From NCBI GenBank assembly GCA_964035545.1, contig OZ037767.1:259680-323679 (forward strand): a DNA stretch of 64,000 nt. Reading direction: 5' to 3'. This stretch comes from Bugula neritina (Eukaryota > Animalia > Bryozoa). A program made the translations under genes and the position numbers. Shown here in pieces: positions 13,833 to 29,300 of the stretch. Position 1 is the first letter of the stretch. Every line of letters starts with the position of its first letter. The notes under the pieces were generated by a model. The model was given only the letters and a program-made list of their open reading frames with translations, made no database searches and was not told the origin of the DNA.

Positions 13833-14318
13833 ATGCACATATTTATGCAAATGAACTGTACACTGGGTGCAGGAACAGCCTAAGGGTTTCCCTGCTTCAC
13901 ATGGGAATACAGGATAATATTTAGACATCTAATCACACACATTTACAGGTACATGCATAGCATAGTACAGCATAGCACAGCAGTGTATGATTCTAATAAT
14001 AATTTATTAATTTGTTTATAAAACAGCAACACTTTAATAAAACAACTTCCGGATTTTGACATCACAAGTAGAAAGTTAATTGGCAGATTTATATACATGC
14101 AGCGCAGTGTTATATAGAATAATATATTAATATATTAATATATATAGAATGATTTATTACATATTTATACAAGGTTTCATTGTAGTTTAATAATATGATA
14201 ATACTATAATATAATAATAATGTGATAATAGTAATATAATACAATACAATAATAATGATAATATGATGAAAACAATATAATAAAATAATAATAATAGGAT
14301 GTTTGCAGAAAACTTCTC

Positions 14319-17300
14319 TCAGTTCATAACTCTGCTAGACCTGCCAGATGTGGGCAACTTATTTGATGCCGGCTTGTTTTGTCTCTGTTTAGCTCGAAAA
14401 GACGAGAATCTAGCTACTTCCTTTAGGATTCTGATACAGGGGCCTAAAGGTAGCCCTAGCTCCAACAGCCTCTCCTCTGACATATAGGGGAGCTCCATTA
14501 CTCCAATCTTCTCACCCTCAAATATCGGTAGGTACTTCTACAAATCAGTTATTCTTTCTTAACACAGAGTACTACTCAACACAACACAGAGTACTACTCA
14601 ACAGAGTACTACTCAACGTAACACAGAGTACTACTCAACATAACACAGAGTACTACTCAACAGAGTACTACTCAACAGAGTATTACTCAACACAACACAG
14701 AGTACTACTCAACATAACACAGAGTACTACTCAACAGAGTACTACTCAACAGAGTATTACTCAACACAACACAGAGTACTACTCAACATAACACAGAGTA
14801 CTACTCAACATAACACAGAGTACTACTCGACATAACACAGAGTACTACTCAACATAACACAGAGTACTACTCAACGTAACACAGAGTACTACTCAACGTA
14901 ACACAGAGTACTACTCAACGTAACACAGAGTACTACTCAACGTAACACAGAGTACTACTCAACATAACACAGAGTACTACTCAACTTAACACAGAGTACT
15001 ACTCAACATAACACAGAGTACTACTCAACTTAACACAGAGTACTACTCAACATAACACAGAGTACTACTCAACATAACACAGAGTACTACTCAACATAAC
15101 ACAGAGTACTACTCAACGTAACACAGAGTACTACTCAACGTAACACAGAGTACTACTCAACGTAACACAGAGTACTACTCAACGTAACACAGAGTACTAC
15201 TCAACATAACACAGAGTACTACTCAACATAACACAGAGTACTACTCAACGTAACACAGAGTACTACTCAACGTAACACAGAGTACTACTCAACGTAACAC
15301 AGAGTACTACTCAACGTAACACAGAGTACTACTCAACATAACACAGAGTACTACTCAACGTAACACAGAGTACTACTCAACATAACACAGAGTACTACTC
15401 AACGTAACACAGAGTACTACTCAACGTAACACAGAGTACTACTCAACATAACACAGAGTACTACTCAACGTAACACAGAGTACTACTCAACGTAACACAG
15501 AGTACTACTCAACATAACACAGAGTACTACTCAACGTAACACAGAGTACTACTCAACATAACACAGAGTACTACTCAACATAACACAGAGTACTACTCAA
15601 CGTAACACAGCGAGATTACTGCACACAGGTTTGGCAGGGATGGAATCATGTAGAGAGAAAATGCATCTTATTTTCACATTACAAAAAATATCAAATATTG
15701 AAAGAGGTGTCATTTATTGAAAAATATTGTGAGTGACAAAATAAAACATGTGTTGTTGAACTTTACGCATGGCTAGATGTATTGTATACCGCCACCCTCT
15801 CTCCCATCCTCGCTGCCACCCTCTCTGCCACCCTCCCTCCCACCTCTCTCCCACCTCGCTGCCACCCTCTCTCCCACCCTCGCTGCCGCCCTCTCTCCCA
15901 CCCTCTCATCTTGAAGTATGTTTATGACACAGGTGGCAGTCACACCTTGCAGTGAGAGTATACAGAGCAGCTGTTAACACAACAACCCACTTACTGCAAG
16001 AGCGGCATGGCCAACATCAGTCAGGACTGGTTATTATTATTAATTCATTATTTATTGCTGAATACATGGAATATTTTAGCAGACAAAAAAGCCACAGTAA
16101 TTGGTTAGTTAGTCTACCACTGTGATACTAACAGGATGTGAAGGTACTCCCTAATGGTTAATTACACATGACCCTACCTCCCACTAGCCACACTCCACCT
16201 ATATAATATACACCATACATGTATATACACTCCCCCTATATAATATACACCATACATGTATATACACTCCACCTATATAATATACACCATACATGTATAT
16301 ACACTAATTAATCACCTTTTCAAATGTATCATTCGGTATTCACGCAATTTTTCAAATAATTTCCAAAACAACAAAAAAGACATTCTAGTTTTACTATGAA
16401 AATCTCCCCTTCAGCGAAAATTAAATAGAGAAGAAAATGAAAAAACGCTTTGGGATAATTTTGCAGTGCTATTTCCCCTGGGGATGGCCAGAATAGATGG
16501 AGCAGGTGAGGCGCATACAGCACGTTTAATGATGACAGACTATTAAACTATTCACCTAGACTGAAATATATTAGCTCAACTCTCACATCAATCTGTGGCC
16601 AATACAAATCCTAATCCGGGAGTCGTAATGTTGCAAGTTATGTGATGATGTATTTACATAACATTTTATTCTCAGTGCACGGAAGCGACCATGATAGTAA
16701 GAGGTCTCACCTCATAGCCTAGTTCCTTCAGAAACATCTTCATAAGTGGGGGCTCCTGACCAAAGAACCTAAAACAGAAAAACTCTATAAACACAAAGAC
16801 CTGCGTACTCTTTAGTGTATGGAGGTAGAGAAACAACAGGAGTTTATTTGATATCCAAGTCCAGTGTGTGAGGATGACTGTATTTAATGGTCAGGTTATA
16901 GACTTGTTGCAATACTGATTTAAATGCTGATATTACACAGTTAAATAAACTCAACCATTCACTACATCCATTGCGTTCTAGTGCACAGTAGTTTATTCAC
17001 AAGCTATCACTTTCCAGAATACAAGGGTAACTCAAGCAGCTGGCCTAAATACTAATATAACTTAGCGTGTACAAGTACTTAATACTCTTATAACTGAGTG
17101 TCTACCAGCACTGAATGTATAATTATGTAATAACTATGTAGATATGTGATAAAATGTGTAGGTAAGTATGAAGAGGCTAGCTAGCAATATATTAAAATAC
17201 GTTGGGTGTAATATGCGGTTTTTCTACAAGGATTAGCTGATATATTCCATAATTTCAATCTATAGAATGCTAACATAATTTCTACTAAAGCCTATAATAA

Positions 17301-20300
17301 TTGTCACAAATTGTGAGTTTTAAAGATTTAAATATAATCACAATGGATAATGGAGTAGATGTGAGTATGATAATTCTACAGACCAGGATATGAGGTGAAG
17401 CTAATACCATATATACAGTTTACTGCAAATGCAGACAGTCTCTGATTTACATATACTCTTGTCTAAGTAAGCTGCTAGTTTATCATTTAACTAAGATTGG
17501 TTTGAGAAGATGTCCAGTGATGATGTATGAATATATAGTTAGGGTATGTTATAGTAAATATATTATACAGAAATAATATATATATAGATATTATATTACC
17601 CAGAAAGAATAATATATATAGATAATATATTATACAGAAAGAATAATATATATAGAGATAATATATTATACAGAAAGAATAATATATATATAGATAATAT
17701 ATTACACAGAAATAATAATATATATATATATATATATAGATAATATATTACACAGAAAGAATAATATATATAGATAATATATTACACAGAAAGAATAATA
17801 TATATAGATAATATATTACACAGAAAGAATAATATATATAGATAATATATTACACAGAAAGAATAATATATATAGATAATATATTACACAGAAAGAATAA
17901 TATATATAGATAGTATATTACACAGAAAGAATAATATATATAGAGCTAATATATTATACAGAAGGAATAATATATATAGAGATAATTTAAAGGATGCATA
18001 AACAGCATCCATTTTAACAAATTCCATCGATAAAAATGTAAATAAACTATAACAAAAATTGATGAGAAATATTTTCTCACCAAGATAGTTAAAACGTAAC
18101 TATGGAAATAATCAAAGTTTATTTACTGGTAATTTAGAATTTTTAGCAACCTGAAAGTAGTTTGTAACTTGAAAAATTGATTGCATGCAAATAGTTTGAA
18201 ATAGAGAGTGGGAGGCAATGGTAAACTGATGCAGCTATTATTAATAATGTACAATAATAGCTCTAATTTACTACAATAGCTAATTTAAAATAATCAATAA
18301 TTTAAAATAATCAATAATTTACAATAATTACTAATGCACAACAATTACTAATCTACAATTAACTGAAATTAAAAGACTAAAGTGACTTAGAAGAGCAACA
18401 CACCGGGGACGGAGCAATATTCCGAAGGCCCATTAGTCCGAAGGTCCATTAGTCCGAAGGTCCATTAGTCCGAAGGTCCATTAGTCCGAAGGTCCATTAG
18501 TCCGAAAATTAGTACACTTGATAGTAAATAGCATCCTCACTGAGAATATCATTGATTTCACTCACAATCTAGTTTAAGTTCTTGCTTTGTTAAAGCTGTA
18601 TTTGGGTGGCATGCGTGTTGCCTACTTGTGATTGTTTAGCCTGAGATTACACTATGACTAGAAAACAGCTGCATCATCTATCAACATTCCATTGCGGCTT
18701 GCTTTTATAAACAAAGTACACAGCAAGCTATTCACTAGCCTGTCAGCTAACAGGCCTGTAATTAATAATGTAATAAGGATCACATTTGCAGTGTATAAAT
18801 CACCTATATTTTATAGAAAGTCTATAAAAGCTATTGAAAATTTCAAAAAAGTTGCTTTGAGGAACACAAAGATCTACAACATGGTTTTTAAATTTTGATT
18901 CTATAGCACAATTAGGTGAGGTTTTATTTGGCTGGACTGAATTCTTATATACTAATAGTGTGGTCCCAGCAAGGTAGTTACAGCTAGAAGGTTGCCCTTA
19001 TCTACATATCTTGTGGATATGTTTGGTTTGGTATATTATGGTGTGCAGCTTTGGTTATTTGATTTTAGAGTAGTGTCCAAGATGTTTATAATTTTTAGTC
19101 TTCAATGCATTTTTACAGAAATCCCTATAATTAAAGATATTTTTAATTACAAAGAGATATTTTTAATTGAAATAGATATATGTATAATTTAATTAATATA
19201 ATAATGCAGTTTAGCAGCTTACAGATAATTGAAGAGATTAAATGTGATACCAAATAATTAACTACCAAGCCAGAGATTTACTATTACATTCAATATGCAA
19301 AATTACAATGGTTTGCTAGAAACAACATCGGCATGGTAGTCCCTAGTAACTTAAGTCCTAAATCGAAACTTGGAGGAAGATTTTACCTATTTACATTTAG
19401 TTATGAGTAGCCTATACTAGTGCAGGTATGTGTGTGGAGGAGATCGCACACGCCCGCACGCACACACACACACACATTATATATATAAAAAAAGGTTGCA
19501 TTTGAAGTTAGCGTCAAAAAAATAATGGTTTGTTTTAGAATTTTGCTATTGAATGTAATAGTAAATCTCTGGCTTGGTAGTTAATTATTTGGTATCACAT
19601 TTAATCTCTTCAATTATCTGTAAGCTGCTAAACTGCATTATTATATTAATTAAATTATACATATATCTATTTCAATTAAAAATATCTCTTTGTAATTAAA
19701 AATATCTTTAATTAGGGATATCTGTAAAAATGCATTGAAGACTAAAAATTATAAACATCTTGGACACTACTCTAAAATCAAATAACCAAAGCTGCACACC
19801 ATAATATACCAAACCAAACATATCCACAAGATATGTAGATAAGGGCAACCTTCTAGCTGTAACTACCTTGCTGGGACCACACTATTAGTATATAAGAATT
19901 CAGTCCAGCCAAATAAAACCTCACCTAATTGTGCTATAGAATCAAAATTTAAAAACCATGTTGTAGATCTTTGTGTTCCTCAAAGCAACTTTTTTGAAAT
20001 TTTCAATAGCTTTTATAGACTTTCTATAAAATATAGGTGATTTATACACTGCAAATGTGATCCTTATTACATTATTAATTACAGGCCTGTTAGCTGACAG
20101 GCTAGTGAATAGCTTGCTGTGTACTTTGTTTATAAAGCAGCCGCAATGGAATGTTGATAGATGATGCAGCTGTTTTCTGGTCATAGTGTAATCTCAGGCT
20201 AAACAATCACAAGTAGGCAACACGCATGCCACCCACATACAGCTTTAACAAAGCAAGAACTTAAACTAGATTGTGAGTGAAATCAATGATATTCTCAGTG

Positions 20301-23300
20301 AGGATGCTATTTACTATCAAGTGTACTAATTTTCGGACTAATGGACCTTCGGACTAATGGACCTTCGGACTAATGGACCTTCGGACTAATGGACCTTCGG
20401 ACTAATGGGCCTTCGGAATATTGACTAGTCACCCAACACACCAACATGCTAATATACAATACAACACACCAACATACTAATATACAATACAACACACCAA
20501 CATACTAATATACAATACAACACACCAACATACTAATATACAATACAACACACCAACATACTAATATACAATACAACACACCAACATACTAATATACAAT
20601 ACAACACACCAACATACTAATATACAATACAACACACCAACATACTAATATACAATACAACACACCAACCTACTAATATACAATACAACACACCAACATA
20701 CTAATATACAATACAACACCAACATACTAATATACAATACAACACACCAACATACTAATATACAATACAACATCTATTCATTAGCAAAGTTGAAAAAGAG
20801 CAGTCAGTCATTTTTTAAAACGTTACTTGTTTTGCCAACGGCAGAATTGTCCTAAAAATAAATGACAGAAAGAAATGGGAGCTATGTTTCCACCTCCTGG
20901 AGGGCCCTGGGTCGTGTGGAGACTCCAAATACTTCCCCTTAGCTACATCGGACAAAGGGAGTAAATCCGTATGTCATCCTTCCTTTTATTTAATGTTGAA
21001 CAACGTGGGCATTGTTTAGTTTCACAATATCAGACGAAAGCCTCCAGGTTATGTTTTAATCTACTGGCAAAAATACCGCAAATAAAATAGTCCACAGTTT
21101 AAAAATTTATGAGGACTTATTTTCTTGTTTGACAAGGCATTCTAATGCAATTAGCCTTAGCTTTTAAAGACTGAGATACTCTAGAGTCTAGGGAGTCCCC
21201 TATACCACCTTCACCGAGATAGCATACTGCGATACTCTAAGGTCTAGGGAGTCTCTTTACTTCACACTGGCTGAGATAGCAGGCAAGATATGCAAAGGGT
21301 ATAAGACTAGAGCAAAGAGCCAAGTCGGCCAATGACTTTTCAAAATTATTGCTTAATTCAGTTTATTAGCCCATAATAGTGTTACTATTTATATTAAATA
21401 AAGTAGATAACCAAGACAAGACAAGCTACTGAGTGACCTGAAGGCTGCTGCAAACCGTCAATACCTCTAACAAATGAACAATTTGGTAGCTCCTTGGGTT
21501 GGTGAGAAACACTTTAGCTTCTTTCATCTTTTATTAGTAGAATAATTGCAGATAGTGGAGTAGTGATTAGGAGGCGTTGACTCTCACTTATTCAATATTT
21601 TAAGGAGTGGAAATAACTCGTATGCAATTAAAATATAATTAAATAACAACTCTATGGTATGTTAGCATTGATTCTCCCAGTATTACATCACCAACTGTCT
21701 GCTACAACCATCCATTTATGATACTGAGACTACACTGAGAGTTCAATAGTATTCTACAGACTCAATTTCCCCATTTAACCTGGCAAGTGGAAATAAGTCA
21801 ACTTTCTTATTTTCCATGAATAAAATTTTACTCTATTTTCGATGAAAAAAAATTTTACTCTAACTTCTGAATAATTATTACAAATAAAATGGCCTCACTG
21901 TACTAACTGAACTTGAGATATTTTGATTAGCCCAATAGATCAAAAGTGACAGCTGGAAGACCTTACTAATGCCCAGCCACTGACCTTTTGACCAGTCTGG
22001 TCAGGTGATTGCAACTGTTTACTTCACTTACTCCACTCAGGGGGTTACAGTGTCCCACTCAGGGGGTTACAGTGTCCCACTCAGGGGGTTACAGTGTCCC
22101 ACCCAGGGGTTTACAGTGTCCCACTCAGGGGGTTACAGTGTCCCACTCAGGGGGTTACAGTGTCCCACTCAGGGGGTTACAGTGTCCCACTCAGGGGGTT
22201 ACAGTGTCCCACTCAGGGGGTTACAGTGTCCCACTCAGAGGTTTACAGTGTCCCAACTGGTGTCACCCCAGATAGACGCTTCCCAGTTAGACGTTGTTTA
22301 TTTATTTTGGTACAATATATATTCTACGAGCAATTTATTTGAATATTATTGAAATATATGTATATTTAAATAAACTTGGATCAATTGCTTGTTATTTAGA
22401 ACATAAATAAATTCCTTTGATCTGCAATAACATTAATTTTGCATTTTCTATACTTTTTGCTGTTTGAAAAAAATATTTGTTAATAAGTATTGATTAAAGA
22501 TCCGATCTATTATTAATGTATTACTGCTTTTTTTCCAAACACGTATTCATGAAAATTGGGATATTATCCTAGATAGCTTATATTAGCTGTTATAGCTAAT
22601 ATAGGCTATAGCTATTTAGTAATCAATGCAACATTTATATAGGTATGTTACTATATGTAAGTGCACCAAAATAAAAAATAGCGTCTAACTGGGAAGCGTC
22701 CAAGTAGAAACCGTCTAAGTGGGAAATTTAGTCTAGCGTCTATCTGGGAAGCATCTATCTGGAATGACACCGTCCCACTCAGGGGGTTACAGTGTCCCAC
22801 TCAGGGGGTGCGATACTAGAAAGGTTGAGAGAATGAAGTCATAAAATACTGTAAGGAATTAATTGTATAAGAAATATTGGAGTAACGAATCAACAACATG
22901 CACACTAGTGTTGCAAACATTAGAATATGCACACTTAACACTAGACTACAGCGAGAGAGCTTGCCACAACACACAGCACGCAAGTTAAACAACACCTAGC
23001 AGCTATAAAAGTCTTTACCTGCGTCTGAATGAAGATTTTAACCTACATAGATATGTGCAACAGTAGATAATCAGAAAATACATGATATATTGTGCAACAT
23101 AATAATGTAGAGTAGAATATAGAGTATAGAGTATATAATATAGTGTATAGGGTATATAATACAGTGTATAGAGTATATAATATAATGTATAGAGTATATA
23201 ATATAGTGTATAGAGTATATAATATAATGTATAGAGTATATAATATAGTGTATAGAGTATATAATATAGTGTATAGAGTATATAATATAATATAGAGTAT

Positions 23301-26300
23301 ATAATATAATGTATAGAGTATATAATATAGTGTATAGAGTATATAATACAGTGTATAGAGTATATAATATAATATAGAGTATATAATATAGTGTATAGCA
23401 GGGTTGGGGTAATTGTAATTTGTAATTGTAATTGGCTGTAATTAATTACATTTTTTCAAGTAATTGAATGTAATTGGTAATTGAGGTTTAAAAATGTAAT
23501 TGTAATTGTAATTAATTACATATCTAATGTAATTGATTTTTACAATTACTTTGTAATTACATGTCAATTACTTCAAACTTTTAAATTTTAAAAATCTCCT
23601 TCTTTTTCTACAATGCCTACTGTTAATTAACAAGTTCAGATAGTTAGGTCAATATAGTAGGGTCATTCCATGCCAGCTCACCAAATGGCCCGCGTCTATA
23701 ATTTGCGTCTCAGATTTTGTTCATGTTTACACCAAATAGACCTACACATGCCTCAAGTACTCTTCTTCAGTATTTCTGACCTGACACAATTTTTTTTAAG
23801 AACTGACTACTTTTGTGGACAAAGGTTGAGAAACATTTTGAGTAAAATTTGTGATTTCTACTTTAGACTAATCTATAAACGTCTATATCCCAATCATTTT
23901 TCTACACTGCATGAGCCTCAAAATTTGCTGTGTGATTTGATGATACCTATCAATTTGCACTAGTAGCAACACATACTACAGAATACTTTGTGTGCATATA
24001 TGCAAAGTCATTGAATATGAACAAATCTTTGTAAATTTTGAAAAATTTCAAATATTCGCCTAATCAAATTTTAAATTACTTCTAAATTGGTCTAAAAGTA
24101 TAAATCACAAACTTCCCTCAAAATATTTTCTAACCATTGTTCACCAAAGTAGTAATTTCTCAAAATGTTTTTGTGTCAGGCCAGAAATATTCATGGATGG
24201 TAATCTGAACATGTGTAGGTCCATTTAGTGTAAATATGAGCAAAATCTAAGACACAAAAACGTGGGACCCCTTGAAAGTTGGTTGATTTGGTATGGAATG
24301 ACTCTATAGTATCACTGTAGAAAACAAAAGAGGTTCACTGTCAACATTGCCCCTGGTAATTGGACCCTAGAAGTGATTTCTATTTATTCCTTGTGAGAAC
24401 AAAAGTAATTGTAATTGTAATTAATTACATTGCCATGTAATTGTAATTGTAATTAATTACATTCATTTTTAACTGTAATTATAATTGTAATTGTAATTGA
24501 CAAATCTCCATGTAATTGTAAATGTAATTAATTACATTTACATGTAATTGACCCCAACCCTGGTATAGAGTATATAATATAGTGTATAGAGTATATAATA
24601 TAGTGTATAGAGTATATAATATAGTGTATAGGGTATATAATACAGTGTATAGAGTATATAATATAGTGTATAGAGTATATAATATAGTGTATAGAGTATA
24701 TAATATAATATAGAGTATATAATATAGTGTATAGAGTATATAATATAGTGTATAGAGTATATAATATAGAGTATAGAGTATATAATATAGTGTATAGAGT
24801 ATATAATATAGTGTATAGAGTATATAATATAGTGTATAGAGTATATAATATAGTGTATAGAGTATATAATATAGAGTATAGAGTATATAATATAGTGTAT
24901 AGAGTATATAATATAGTGTATAGAGTATATAATATAGTGTATAGGGTATATAATACAGTGTATAGAGTATATAATATAGTGTATAGAGTATATAATATAG
25001 TGTATAGAGTATATAATATAGTGTATAGAGTATATAATATAGTGTATAGAGTATATAATATAGTGTATAGAGTATATAATATAGTGTGTAGAGTATATAA
25101 TATAGTATAGAGTATATAATATAGTGTATAGAGTATATAATACAGTGTTTAGAGTATATAATATAGTGCATAGACTATAGAGTATATATTTTTGCCATAG
25201 AAAAATTCATACTGCATATATTGAACTGTATCATCTTACATTATATAATACTATAATAGCTTAATTAATATTTTATAAATGTTGTATTAAAAGGAAATGA
25301 TATCATACTATATTATATTATTGTGGCATATATGATTGTAACATTATATTACTTCCATATTATACGACTAGGATACCATATTACAATATTGTAATATGTT
25401 ATACTATATTGTAGTATATTACACTATATTATAGCATATTACACCACACTGTAGTATATTACACTACAATGTAAGATATTACAATACACTGTAATATATT
25501 ACAATGTATTGTAGTATATTACAGTATAGATGACCTACTTTGTCAGTTTACTGATTTTCTGCGGAGTTGCGTCATTTACACCGGTAGTCGGGTTTTCAGC
25601 TGGCAGAGGAGGGGGGCCCTGTGACCGTCCCTCAAAGGGATAACTATTATGTTGAATGCCAATGTTACAGTTGAGTTGCTGTTTCATGTATTCCAGATCT
25701 ACTGCTAGCCTTTCTACCTCCATAGTCAAAGAGCTGGCCGACTTTACCTCAGAAGACAGAAAGGAAATGCTCCTGGCTATAGTTGATATGTGACTTTCTA
25801 GCCTTAGAAATCTTTTATTAATGGCTCTGAAATATATATATATTGTATTATATATACTGTATATACTGCATAGAGTAGAATGTGTATAGGGTATTGTATA
25901 TACTGTATAGAGTAGAATGTGTATAGGGTATTGTATATACTGTATAGAGTAGAATGTGTATAGGGTATTGTATATACTGTATAGAGTAGAATGTGTATAG
26001 GGTATTGTATATACCGTATAGAGTAGAATGTGTATAGGGTATTGTATATACTGTATAGAGTAGAATGTGTATAGGGTACTGTATATACCGTATAGAGTAG
26101 AATGTGTATAGGGTATTGTATATACCGTATAGAGTAGAATGTGTATAGGGTATTGTATATACTGTATAGAGTAGAATGTGTATAGTGTATTGAATATCAC
26201 AGTAATCCTACACTACACAGTATATTAATTACTAATTGTTCTACAAAACTATCATATAATCAGCATTAGATATCTGCTTACATTTCTTACAATAAATATT

Positions 26301-29300
26301 ACTTAAAATTTACATCATAATGTCATTTAAAGTTTAATCTACACTTGACTGCTCAGTGGTGTAGAGCTCAGTGGCTTAGAGCTCAGTGGCATAGAGCTCA
26401 GTGGTGTAGAGCTCAGTGGCTTAGAGCTTAGTGGCTTAGAGCTCAGTGGTGTAGAGCTCAGTGGCATAGAGCTCAGTGGTGTAGAGCTCAGTGGTGTAGA
26501 GCTCAGTGGCTTAGAGCTCAGTGGCTTAGAGCTCAGTGGTGTAGAGCTCAGTGGCATAGAGCTCAGTGGTGTAGAGCTCAGTGGCATAGAGCTCAGTGGT
26601 GTAGAGCTCAGTGGCTTAGAGCTCAGTGACTTAGAGCTCAGTGGCTTAGAGCTCAGTGGCTTAGAGGTCATGCCTTGTTATAGGCAGCACATACTTGGAG
26701 TCCATATAAGGTCGCTGTTTCCTGTGTCTGTGGGAGTAGCTGTACTGACTGCTGGTTGCCGAGGCAATGGAATTCCTCCTCCCGTCTCTGTCTCGGTGTC
26801 TGTGTGCGCCGTGTTTAGAGGAAGATAAGTAGAGGGACATGTCTTCATACAGTCTCTCTGTAAGTAAGATATCATACACTCTCTGTAAGTAAAAGTACAC
26901 GTAGTGGCTAGCTGCAGATGACATTGTCAGGGTACACGTAGTGGCTAGCTGCAGATGACATTGTCAGGGTACACATAGTGGCTAGCTACACATGACATTG
27001 TCAGGGTACACGTAGTGGCTAGCTGCAGTGTTCCACAATTCCTCCACTTGGCACTTTAAAGAACTTCTCAGAAATGAATTTTATTGGCATAGACCAAGCT
27101 AAGATGAAAACTTGACAAAAAATGAGTAATTTTAATGTTCGGGTTTAGTCAACAACTCTATTATTCCTTGAAGAGTAATTCACGAGTAATAGTGTATAAA
27201 TAGTCGCTATAAGCCTTCATAAGAGGCCTCTGGGAAAAGGAAATATCATTGACAAGTCAAGGTTGATTGGCTGATAATGGCCTTGTACAGTATCACCAAG
27301 GTCATTGCAGGAAGGCCTAGTTTCTGCCAATGACAGTCAGTTTTACATCAAGTAGATTAATTGATTAGAGTATTAGATGTTGAAGCAGTATATGTTTGTG
27401 TAACCGTCAGATCCTACGCACAAACGTATAGAGTCAAAGTCAATTACTGCTATTAAAGTATCAATTAGATAATCAGTCTGTACCGAGGCCAACATTTCCG
27501 TTCTATGGGTAAGAGCAGAGTTACAGGAACAATATCAATAATTGATTGTCATTTAGGAGATAGAGAATTAAAGAGTGGATATAAATCCTCACGTCGCTGG
27601 TCCGTATTACTGATAGACTTATTAAAATAAGATATTTTCAGGTAATAGTTGGACTATTGATAGAAACAAACAAGCAGGTACGACTATAATTAGCCGTGAG
27701 GTTAGTTGAGTTGGGGGAGCGGAGATGGGAGCGTGACTCACATGTATAGTTTGTGTCAGACTAAAATATCCACTCTGACTATCTCCATCAGAATATATCT
27801 GTATGGTAATTAGAGTATGGCATAAGTACAGGTAGACTTTTATGCTTAGCATATGTGTGGGCTTTATCTTACGTGATCTAGAGAGAGGGGGAGGGTTGAA
27901 GCAATACGTTGATATTCTAGGTGGAAAAGCTCTGTTAACCACACTCGCTGGAGTGGAGCAAATTATTTCCAAGATGCAAAAAATTGGGATTTTGTTTTGA
28001 GACGTCAAACACAAATACTACACACACAAATACTGCACATTGTTTGTGGGAATGACTTCATTGTGCAGATTCTCTCCCAGCACATTCACTCATACGTCAG
28101 GATAGTGAGGAGATTATGGACTAAAGCTTACCATATTTAAGAATATATAATGTTATTATCCGCAATGGTTAGTTTACATACAACTCTCTGAATATGTTGC
28201 TAAGTAACCAACTAACAGGAATATGACAACTTATTATGTTTATGTAACATAATTACATGAATAATAATACATTTTATAAGTTCAACATACCTTATATAAC
28301 ATTCATATAACATACCTAGTTTCTGAACCTGCTTGTCCAGCTTATCATCATATTGATGAGAGTTATCTTCTTCCTGTTGAAACACTCCGTAATGTGGTTG
28401 TGTCTCTGTTCTCTCCCGTCGATTACTTCCCTTTCTTGTGGCAGTGTGATAGGCTTGCGCAGCCTCCCGAGCCGACACCGGCGTGTCTGAGGGTTCAAAG
28501 GCTAAACTTCTAGCTGCCTTATCTTCTGCCAAAACGCATATCATCAGCTTACATACTACACTCTCTCCCATATGTATACTCAGGGGAGATAACTACACTC
28601 TCTCTCATATGTATACTCAGAGGAGATAACTACACTCTCTCTCATATGTATACTCAGAGGAGATAACTACACTCTCTCTCATATGTATACTCAGGGGAGA
28701 TAACTACACACTCTCTCATATGTATACTCAGGGGAGATAACTACACTCTCTCTCATATGTATACTCAGGGGAGATAACTACACACTCTCTCATATGTATA
28801 CTCAGAGGAGATAACTACACTCTCTCTCATATGTATACTCAGGGAGATAACTACACTCTCTCATATGTATACTCAGGGGAGATAACTACACTCTCTCTCA
28901 TATGTATACTCAGGGGAGATAACTACACTCTCCCATATGTATACTCAGGGGAGATAACTACACTCTCTCATATGTATACTCAGGGGAGATAAATAACTAC
29001 ACTCTCTCTCATATGTATACTCAGGGGAGATAACTACACACTCTCTCATATGTATACTCAGGGGAGATAACTACACTCTCTCTCATATGTATACTCAGGG
29101 GAGATAACTACACTCTCTCTCATATGTATACTCAGGGGAGATAACTAAAGTCTCTCTCATATGTATACTCAGGGGAGATAACTACACTCTCTCTCATATG
29201 TATACTCAGGGAGATAACTACAAATATACTTACCAACATATTCAGGGGAGACAACTAGGTTTGATTTATTTGGTGAAGAGATTTGAGTAGTTTTAGTTGA

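Larger units (their letters stand above)
23110..25180. repeat. 21 bp minisatellite (tatagagtatataatatagtg) interrupted by nested MITEs
   Basis: The array lies on both sides of the element at 23399-24562. Confidence 0.9.

Noticed and set aside
18692-20184. Twin ORFs 18692..18898 (+) and 19942..20184 (-) with the same peptide
   Set aside because: A by-product of the foldback inverted arms; no recognisable domain.
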